This document shows positions 25,528 to 36,166 of a DNA stretch of 64,000 bases, piece after piece (position 1 is the first letter of the stretch; the number at the start of each line of letters is the position of its first letter). This DNA is from Geosiphon pyriformis uo1. Lineage: Eukaryota; Fungi; Glomeromycota. Position numbers and translations under genes: made by a program. The notes under the pieces were generated by a model that made no database searches, was not told the origin of the DNA, and was given only the letters and a program-made list of their open reading frames with translations. The stretch is from contig JAAOMT010000352.1 in NCBI GenBank assembly GCA_016748015.1, forward strand, positions 767,964 to 831,963, read 5' to 3'.

Positions 25528-26288
25528 AAACAATCTCACAAAAACAAAACAAAAAATAACATAAAAACCCATGCACCAAAAATAATTTTCTTTTATTTCA
25601 AATCGCTTATAATGACTATTCCTTAAAACATTTAACAATTATCCCAAAAACTAATATTAGCTTTAAAAACAATATCCGAATTATCCATTACTGTTACTGG
25701 AAACCACATTAATTATACCCAAACAGAAGTAGTTACAAATTTAGCCCCAAATTCATAAAAATATCACCCGTATAAGAAGAACACAAGAAGTTATACTGGA
25801 ATTCACCTGCCAGAACTTTTAAAACTTGCTTTAAGAGAAAATTTAATGCTCATTCCGATTAGTATTTTACCAAATACTACAATTCAACAAAGACTTCAAC
25901 TGTGTTTCAATGAGGAAAACACTGAATATCCTCCAATCTATAGATATTTTCACATTGGAAAAACACTCTACAAATGAAAACTGGAACTTATAACAGCAAA
26001 CCTCGCAAAAGAAGCTATTCAGAAACAACTCCACAATGAATTCAAGACAACAGCTGAATCAACAAACAGTCGCTACAGGCTCAGAGCTGCTCTTAGACTT
26101 TATGACCTATTCCACACCTGTGAAAATGTACTACAAAACCCAATTTTTCAACCTTTAAAGATACAATACATTGGAAAGCTCACAGAACTGAAATTTCAAC
26201 AATTTTCAGACCAAATTTCTTCAATAATTTTGGATTATTATCTGGAAATAACAAACAGTACTTGGACTTCAATGGAGCTCAGTCTTAA
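25528..26288 (+). pseudogene. Gypsy A ORF3, unknown function (~230-250 aa, first Met 25612)
   Basis: Frame-1 translation with four premature stops, each one C>T away from a sense codon; aligns along its length with Gypsy B ORF3. Confidence 0.75.
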
Positions 26289-26299
26289 GGAGGAGGTTA

Positions 26300-27274
26300 T
26301 GTTACCAGACAAAATTAGAGATATTATTTAGCATAAAATTATCTTATAATTCTTATCATTAATTAGCATTGTTTCAAATTATCACTTATTACATTAGCAA
26401 AAATGTTCAAAATTATCATTTAATTAATAATCCAAATTGTACACAACACAAATATAACCTAATTGCGATGATCAATCATGCAATATCCCGAACTATGTAA
26501 CATTCAAAAGTTCACCGAAATTTATAGAAATTCACCGAAATAATTGATAGTTCACCGAAATATCTAATAGTTCACAGAAATAACTTGTAGTTCGCCGAAA
26601 TGTATCTTTAGTTCAGCGAAATTGTAGAAAATAGTAAAGTTAAAGTTCATAGAATAGTGTTACAACAAGTTATATAAAAGAAGAGCTTTTCTCTTCGAGA
26701 AAATGTATCTTACTTTAGATTTTAACAATTAGAATTATCTTTTACACACAAAAACGAAATAAATATCAAATAATTTGAAAAATCAAATCCTAAATTATTT
26801 CACTTTTGAAATTAACTAATTCCTACAAAACAGTTTGAAATTGATTAGCTACCAATTTCAGTAAACTGTTAGTGACTCCAGGCCTGGATAAAAAATGTTT
26901 CCCTTGACAGAAATTTTATTTCTTTTACATTTCTTTTATTTTTCTTTTATTTTCTTATTACAATTATTAGAGTAGCCTACAGATGAGATTCCTGTAGAAG
27001 AGTTGACTTTCACAGCAAAGTAACTACACATTTTTAGTGAGCTTCCAGACAAGCAATTCTTGGGAAAGAGTTGATATTTACTACAATGTAACTACATAAA
27101 AACAACTGGCAAAGAATTGGCCATTCCATTCATAAGTCCAGCAGCTCAAATTATAGGAGATAATTTGAGGATAAATTCAGTTATCGGAGGTTTAAACACT
27201 TCCCATAATCATAAATTAACAGCATTACAACAAACATACAAGAGCTAAAAAGAGACCAAAAACCTCCAGTAACA
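26300..27274 (+). repeat. 3' LTR of Gypsy A (975 bp)
   Basis: Follows the PPT; TG...CA ends; matches 17260-17451; TATATAAA at ~26671. Confidence 0.93.
26510..26622 (+). repeat. Six-unit array of TTCACCGAAAT with 20-bp period in LTR A
   Basis: Motif at 26511, 26531, 26551, 26571, 26591 and 26612 with variable spacers. Confidence 0.9.
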
Positions 27275-30200
27275 CTGACTAGTAAAGCCAGCAAGCATAT
27301 AAGAGTCAGGATGCCATACTTTAACCATAGCATTTCAGTCCACACATCCAATCAGATCACTCAAAACAACATCTTGGCCAGGACCAGCCTTCCAATAAGC
27401 ATGACAAATAAACCAAAACATGTTCCTAACAAAATGATGGGCATTGCCAAAAATAGTCATATTCTCAGCTATCAAAAAATTTTTACACACTCTCACAGGC
27501 AAAGAAAACTTAAAACACGTAGTATAACCAGCAGCAGCATCAGCCTCCATATTATCCATAACTTCAGAATGGCTCTTGATCTTCACCTATCTTACATTAA
27601 GATTTTTATTTCTAATTAAATTAAAAATGTGACATCTCTCTATCCAGCATGGAACACAAAAGTCCAACATAGCCAAAGACATTTTGGATATACACATATC
27701 AATAACAGTCTGGCTGTTAAGATACAATACTACTATACAAGAGGATGGGATGCACTCCAATACCAGAGTGACCACCTGCAACTCAGATAAAGTAGAAAAC
27801 AATAGACCTCAAACTTTAACACCAACACTCATATTTACAGAAAGAAAATATGCAGTCATGCTGTCAGCAATATTAGCAGTTCTAGCATCTCTTAACAAAC
27901 CATTTGTGTAGACATCAAACAAACCAGACCATATTTCATGCAAACCACTTTGAATATCAGAGAACTCCATAGAATTCAGAACATCCAGCTCAGGTGGAAG
28001 ACCACTCTTAGCAGGAACAACCAAAAAAGAGTCTATATCCAACAAAAACTTTGTAACAGTCACAAACCAGAAAGGAACAAGGCCTTTTAGATCCAATTTT
28101 TTCCAATAATAAAAGGTCTTCCAATCCATTACTCTACTCTTTTTATCAAACAGTCTATTACCAAAAGTAATACCAAAATGCTTCAATGAACAAACCGAGC
28201 CAAAGTAAAGAGTATTTCCCAATACAGAAGATATAGGAAATACACCAGAACTGTAAAAAGCACTTGACAAGTTGTTAGCTAAAGACAGCCCATTATCCAA
28301 GAAAATCTTAACCACACCAGCCAGAAAATTGTTTACAGAACTAACACATAACTTAACAAAGAACTGTAAGAGGTTCAGTGGAGTCCAACCCAGAATCTGC
28401 AAATCCAAAAATCTATGATTGAATAAACACCCAAAAATGCCAGAAGCATTGGAAAATAAAACCACAGCAGCCGATTTACATTCTGACTGCAATTGTTCAA
28501 AAAACTTCAATCCATATAACAAGGAGTAATATAATACATTGACTAAAAAATCATGTGGCAAATGTGCTTTAGACCTAAGACCTTTCCAAACCAAAGCATC
28601 CCACTTGCAACAAACCCCCAATAAAACAAAACCAAACTGGGTCCTGTAGCTAACAATGGACTGCAGAACAGCCAAAACCAAATAAGAGAACTGCTTGTCA
28701 GCAATAATCTTCTTTAGTACCACATTAACAAAAAAGTGCATATTAGAATGAGCTTTGGTTACACTTAGCTTAAACAACTCTTTAATAGACAGAAAAATAC
28801 TCAAGTATCTATAAATCTCACTCTTTCTAGCTATTGAAATTGGCTGACCACTTATGCTCAAAGAAGCCATTTTAACATCTTGATTAATAGAAATGGCCAC
28901 AGTTTTTTTATTGTTAATAGAAATGTTATTAATTGTGAAAAACTCACTAGCAATATTCAGAGCATACTGCATTGATGCTTAACAATTACTAATTCAAATT
29001 GTATTATCTACAAATGCACTTGCAGCAAAAAAGGAAGATAACCTGCCACCAGCTTCAATTCTACCAGTTCTTGCAACAAACTTAATGTCAATTCAATAAC
29101 CACACAAATGCTTATGTCTCTTGACTTTACATAGAAGAGAATCATAGAAGATTCTTCAGAGAAAAGGTGAAAAGACCTCATCCTGATCTAAGCCGTCACA
29201 AATCCTGTATCCATTAGTAAGACCAAAATTGGTCATAACTCTATTAATCCTGTTACCATGTATGCCACTAAAGAATCTGATGAACCTATCACACATTTTG
29301 ATCTGATATAAACTAGTCTTCAAGTAATGCCAACTTACAGAATTATAGGTCTTGCGTATATTCTAAAGAACCAACCAAAGTTCACAATCTTTTTCAAGAG
29401 CATTTTTAACAACTAAACCAACTGCAAACACAGGGGATTGGATAGATGTATTCTTCAAAATGAAAAAGTTATCACCACAAAGAACACCAAACTTGCTATA
29501 TGCAAAAGAGATCCTATCAGAAAGAATCTTAGAGAGAATCTTTCTGGCAGTCTTGATCAAAGCTATAGGCTATGTATTTGTAAGAACTCCATCCTAATTG
29601 TAAGGTTTAAGAATCATTGAAACCCAAGCCCTTCTCCATAAAACAAGAACACTACTAATCAACAAACATGCATTCAACAATCTCAAAAGATATTCCAACA
29701 CTCCTTTGCTACCATGTTTTCAAAGTTCATTAGGTATACTGGACAAGCCAGCAGCTTTACCATCAGACAGACCATTGACAACCAAGATTAACTCACTTAA
29801 ACTGATAGCACTCATCATATTAGAAAAGACACAATCTTGCACATAATTCAATAGAGCATATTGATGAGCCCAGAGGTCAGGCACTACCAAAGGCACTGTT
29901 TGTTTCCTAGTCCAATCCTCTATAATCCTATCCACATTGAGCTTCACTTCCTCAGGTTCCAAAATTAAATCATCATTCACCATTAAGTAATCCAGAACTA
30001 CTTTGCAAAAAAGCTAATCCAAAATGCTTCTGATTATGCTACCTTTGTCAGAACAGAAATTTTCCATGTGCTTTGAGATTGCCAATCTAATAAAAGTCTC
30101 CTTAGCCAATTTTGACTCATACATCTTAGATCTTCTGTATTCTTTATGAACCAACAACAAATATCCAAGAACCACTTCAGACTTCTCACCCAAGCCAACC

Positions 30201-33200
30201 AAATCAGCAAAAGCATGAGCCCTAATGCTATCCAATGTCGACCATGTCCTCACAAGACAATTAACTTTAAGCAAGTCACCTGAACCAAACTTTTTAACAA
30301 TTTTGGCAATTAACAATTCCAAACCAAAGAACTTAGAAAAAAATTTATCTTTAGAACAATAAAATTCACTAAACCAATGACTCGAAAATGTCTCATCAGC
30401 TGATTCCACTATTATCCTCTTCAAAACTGCCCACATAGCATCCACATCACTATGAGTTTCAGCACCAAAAAATTCATCAACAACTGCCAAAAGTTTGGCA
30501 GAAAGGCAATCCCTAAATTCAGTCCACTTGGGACTATTAGCATCTTTGATTTTGAACTTCCACTGATCCTTGTTAGCCTGTTTGCACAAGCTATTCAACT
30601 GAACCTCTAGGAGTCCATCCAAGCCAATTGAAACCAAAACAGCATTATGATCAGTATCAAAAAAACCAGACACAAAGCAGACCTAATGACCAGCAATGGC
30701 AGAAAAAAGATTACTGCTGATAAAAATAAAATTAATTGTCTTTTCAACTCCCTGAGAATTGTTCCATGTGGGAGCTTTTACTATATAATGACTAGTAAAT
30801 GAATTGACCAAACCCAGATTTAAACAGAACTTGAACGTCACACTCCTTTTAGATCTATTCTTATTAAAATTCCCATCCAAAACCACAAAAGTACTAGAGT
30901 TAACAGCTTCTGCAATTACAGAGTTTACTTCTAAAGCTTGACGAATCTGATCTCAGAAAAGACATCAGCATACAAACCCAGAACCATGACTGAAAGCTTG
31001 CCCTTAAACAAAAGCCAAATTGAAATAATTTGGCCAGGAACCTCCTTAATCTTAGACATGTGGCAAGCCAAAAAATTGTTCATAATCACAACAACCCCAA
31101 TACCAAAAAAACTTTTATCCAAACCAGATGTAAAGACATGCACACTTTCAAACTTATCAGCAATTCAAGGCTTGAAACTGGATCTCAATTTTGTTTCTAT
31201 AATAATAGAAACCATATTTTCGGACTTTTTGTGCCAATGAACAATGTCTTCTTGCTTAGCAGAGACATTGAGACTTCGAACATTACATGTAGCAAACTTT
31301 CACACTAACTCCATCATTGAGAAGAAAGTGCAGCAGAAACCAAACCAGCATTGTTTATTTTGGCTGAAAGGCCCATAACCATAATTACAAAATTCTTCAA
31401 AGTGTTTTCTATTTTCCCAATAACAGAAGAATTAAAAATCACTGCTCTTGTAACAGTCTCACCACCAGTGACCACATCTGAACTTTCACTCATTACTATA
31501 TTCACCCCTTGATTCTGCAATAAAGGGGTTACCAACAGTTAACATCTAGGATTAAGCTGAGAAACTATTGGTTCAGGTGTTTTCAACCTTTTAGCCAGCA
31601 TATCAACATGCTCTGCAAGACTGGCAAGACTGTTCTTAAGAGCAGCAAACCTATCATTGATTTCATTTGCAACTGGTAGGAATGACTTTATCTCCAAAGA
31701 GAAGCCAATATTTGATGAAACAACTCAGCCAAAGAGAGGAAAAGAAGATGACCCATTTGCAACTTTTGTTCAAAAAAGGCCACTAAAAGAAATGGGATGA
31801 GCAACTGGAGCAGAATGTTTGGCATATATTACAGCCAGTCTGTTTTTATCTGTATCTGAAAGCACCTTATGCAATGAACTACCAGAAGAAATCTTTCCAC
31901 CCTTAGCACAGTCTAATGACATATGACCTGACTTCTTATACTTGGCACATCTGGCAGAAACAAGACTAGACCAACGTAAATTAGTGCTTTTGAGCACTGG
32001 TATAGTCCTCATGGCAGCATCTAATAATTCAGCAGAATCGAAACAAACAACAGTACATCTGACTCAAGCATATATAACTGGATAACAATTGATAACACAA
32101 GTTTTCCCACTCACAGATCTAACAAAGTCCCAAATGTCATGAACATTAGTTTCCATTGGCAATGTATAAAGCAGTGCCCTATGATGATCTCTCACATTCC
32201 ATGTTTTTTTGTCTAAATTAGCTCTGGCAACATACATGGCATTCTTTCCAATTAGGATAGACCACTTAGCTGCAACCAAGTCAGCATGATCTGATTGCTC
32301 AAATTCAACTATTGCTTTCTGTCACAGTCCCATCAATTGCATTTTGATCGACTTAATTATTTCAAACTTGATTAGTGCAGCACGCACAGCCTCTGCTGAT
32401 GTTTCAACTGGAATTTTTTTAACTACCATAGTCCAATCTGAGCGAGTATTTAATTTTTTGAGATTAGTGTTTACCAAAATGTCTGCTGCTCTTGTTTTTT
32501 TTATAGCCTGCACCAAGCTAGCTTTAGAAGTGAAGGAAGCATAGATAATCCCAGAAAATTTTGAGAGAGTAGAGGCCTCCCCAAAACCATTGACTTTTAA
32601 AAACAATCTTTTAACTATCATCAGCTTCTCTTAAGAGGATTTTCCAACCACTTTATTCAAGCTGATATTCAAAGCAAAAGACTTTCTAACAGAAATAGGA
32701 ACCAAATTTTTCAAGGAAGAGGGAAGTTCTAAGAGAGCATTCGAGAGAATATTATTATCAATATCAAGATTTAAGAAATTTATCTTTCCTAATAACTTGT
32801 CCAAAGTTTTCTTAATTTTGACACCTGGCTTTTTAGGTGTTTGATCATGATTCTTATCAGTGATAATGCCACTTTTACTATAGTCAAAACTAGTTTTTTC
32901 TATTAGACATTTCTCCTCCATATTAATACTCTCAGACTCAGTAGTGTCACCAGTTTCAGAACTCCAAGAACAACCACCAGATGCCTTAGTTAAAATTCTT
33001 CTGCCACCAATACCCTCTTCCAAAGTGACACTTTTTCTTTTTTTCCTAGACAAAACAGGCTTGAAACCACCACCAGAATCAGACTTTTTAGCAATCTTCT
33101 TTATGACGGCAATACTAGGGTCAATGGTAGTTTCGAAATCAAAAAACAGTTTGGTTTTATCATACTGAATATTGAAAAAACTTCTTTCAAAAAACTTTTG

Positions 33201-34324
33201 ACTTTTTCTGGAAATTTGAAATGAATGAAAAAAAAAAGTTTCCAATTTTTATTATTATTTACTTTTAAATAAATTTTTAATTAATTAAAATAAATAAAAA
33301 ATAATATTAAAACTAAAGTATTATAATAAAATTATTAACAAATTTATTTGTATTTATTTATTAAATAATATTGTTATTTATTAACTAAATTTTTTAAAAG
33401 AATAATTTTTGATCAAATTTATTTATATTATTATTAATTAAATTAAAATTTTACTATAAAATAAAAAAAATGCTTAATATTTTGTATTTTTAAATTAAAA
33501 AAACATTTTAGATAATTGTAAAAATAGTTTTTAAAAAAAATTTTAACAGAAGCAAATAAATTTTTAAAAAAAAAATATAAATATAAAATAATAATTAAAA
33601 CTTAAAAAAAAACTTATATTATAATATTAATAAAAAAATTTTATTAATAGTTATAATCAAAAACTATTGTTTTAATGCTCTTAGAATTTTTAAATAAATA
33701 TTTTTAGTAAGATAAATATTAATTTATAAAATTTATATAATAAATAATTTATTGTGATTTTTATTAAAAAAAACTTTACTATATAATAAATATTAAATTT
33801 TTAATTATTAAAGTTATTTAAATTTTTTTTAAATAAAATAATTGTTATTTTTTTTGTTTTTATTGCTATTATTATATATATATATATTTTTATAATACGA
33901 AATTTTAGTAATTTTTACATTTTTCTAATTTATTATTGGAATTTTTGGTATTTTTAAAATTTTTAAAATTTTTAATATTATATTATTTATTAATTTCGAA
34001 TATATAATTGGCTAAATTATATTATATTTAACTATTAATTATTTTTTAATTATTTTATAAATAACAATATATTGCTTTTATTAAAATTATTAATATTAAT
34101 TTTTTATAATACTTGTCTAATAAAGAAATTTTTTTTAATATTATGTTAAATTTTTAAACTTTTAAATAATTATTTTTATTTATAATATAAAAACTTTTTT
34201 CTCTCTTTCGTCCCAAATTCCTGAAAAAGAGTCAAATTTTGAAAGTAGTTTTTTCTGTTTTTGCATACTGTCTTCCAATATTTCACAAGAATCAAACTCT
34301 TTTGTTGTTGGTCCGGCTGCCACT

Positions 34325-36166
34325 ATGAGTGGTCCTAGTGCTAAGAAAAAGTCTGCCAGAGTCTTGACTGCTGGTTCAGTTGGTAGTGATTCAACTCAAA
34401 AAGTCAAAAAGCCTCTCAGTGGTGTTAAACTTTTAAGTACGGATAAGAATCTCAAAGATGGTAGACCTGTTAGTATAGACGGGCAACCTATTAGCATGGA
34501 TACAAATGGAGAAGTCTTTGATAGTAAAGTCACCTCTGACTCCCAAATGAATACACCCAATGCGAAGCATTTTAATACTGGTACGGCTATCAGTTCCCTT
34601 CTTGGCTCTATTAATTATGACATGAATGATAAAGAGGAAGTTTTTCTTCCTCTCTGTTTGTCTTTCTCTTTGGAAAAGGTATGGGTGGACCCCAAAATTG
34701 TTAAAACTCAGGTGGAAGTAGCTGTAAAAAAATCTTTTGCTTTGAACATCAATCTTTTGGCTGTGGAAGAGAAATCGGCAACGGCTAAAACTCAAGTTGT
34801 AAGGATATTATTTTCAAGAATCAATGGTTTTGGGAGGACCACTACCCCCTCAAAATTTGAAGAGATTATTAGATCGACGTTTACTTTATCAGAAAGCATG
34901 GAGAAGGCTGCCTCATTGGCCAAGAAAAATGACATTATAGTAAACAGTGATCTTAAGAGACAAGGAGTTTGTTCAGATCGGGCAGTGGTCATTAAGGAAA
35001 TTCCTATGGATATGCCAAAAAAAATGATTGTCACCGCCATGTCTGAATTTGGTCAAGTGGTGTCAATCTGATTGCAACTCATTGGGCTGTGGCAAAAGAC
35101 TATGGTGGAGTTTACCGAATTAAGTCAAGCAGATCAGTTGGCAGCTAAGTGGTCATTCTTAATTGGAAAAAATTCAGTGCATGTGGCCAAGACTGTGCAG
35201 GATCGTAAGATGTGGACATCTAGAAATCAGTATAGAGCACTTTTGTTTACTTTGCCAATGAGAACAATGGCTCATGATCTTGGCAATCTTTTGGTGAGGG
35301 CTGGTGGGAAAACTTGTGTCATAAATTGTTCTTTAGACACTGACAATAGGATTTGTTGTGCTGTGATTTGTTTTGAGAATGATAAGGATTTGGAGTCTGC
35401 GTTTTGTATGGAACCTGTTTTTGGTGGGATGAAACTTTCTTGGGCTAGATTGGACCTGGTTCGGTGTGAACGGTGTAGGAAACTTGGTCATTCAGTTCTG
35501 AAGTGTGATGCTAAGGTCTCACATTCTCCTAAACTTTCCAAGTCATTTAAAAAGATTGTCTCTAATGAGAACTGCCTCCAGTTGGCCAAGCTATATGCAA
35601 AAAAAAGTGTGCCTATTTCCAGACTGGCTGCATTCAGTGGCAAATCATGGGCCCAGGTTGTCTCTCTAGCATCTTCATTTAATGGTTCTCACTTTGGTTT
35701 TGGTCCTGATTTTGACTCTTTTCCTGGCACCTCAGGTTTGGTTGGTAACTTGTCTCTTGCAGGTCCTGTTAGTTCGATTTTGGAAACTTGTCTCACTTCT
35801 CTGGAGCACTCTTTGGAACTTCTCATAGATAAGGTGTCCAGTATTGTTGGCAAACTTGATAGTTTAAGCCTGGTGCCCTTGGCTCTCGCCTTCTCTTCTC
35901 AGCCCTTGGTTGCCCCTGGTTCAGTTGATACAAAATTCAGTTCGGATATGGTTTTAGATGAACCTGATTTTGTGGTTGATCCTCCTTTTTTGATTTCCTT
36001 TGGTGCCTTAAGGTTGGATTTGAGTAGTTCAAAAATTCTGACTTCGAAAGTGGGCTGCTTGGAGTCAAAGATGGTGGCTCTTGAAGCTTTGGTTAGTTTG
36101 GTATTGGAGAAGTTAGATTAGATGTGTGCTGGCTCAGATTCTGAAGTCTCTTTTGTACCTCAATGA
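34325..36166 (+). pseudogene. LINE-d ORF1 (~613 aa; two premature stops)
   Basis: ORFs 34325-35071 and 35072-36121 in one frame; CERCRKLGHSVLKC; ends CAA TGA overlapping the ORF2 ATG. Confidence 0.88.

Larger units (their letters stand above)
17260..27274 (+). mobile_element. Ty3/Gypsy LTR retrotransposon A with dUTPase, separate integrase ORF and ORF3
   Basis: TGTTACCAGA...TCCAGTAACA termini; 4-bp TSD CTGA (17256-17259, 27275-27278); order PR-RT-RH-IN; PPT AAGGAGGAGG 26287-26296. Confidence 0.95.
16480..33243 (-). mobile_element. LINE-c: full-length, split by Gypsy A (pieces ~16480-17259 and 27275-33243)
   Basis: 3' UTR 16490-16607; ORF2 31317 to 16608; ORF1 ~33180 to 31314; removing 17260-27274 and one CTGA restores LAGFTSQKSSGLHTYLIKAVH in frame. 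Confidence 0.92.

Noticed and set aside
25528-26331. ORF3 as an envelope glycoprotein, or running into the LTR (TAG 26329)
   Set aside because: No signal peptide, TM segment or furin site seen; the B homologue ends DFNRAQS* before the PPT, matching a shifted frame in A
26510-26622. Repeat-spacer array resembling CRISPR
   Set aside because: 11-bp repeats and ~9-bp spacers are far too short, it lies inside a eukaryotic LTR, and there are no cas genes
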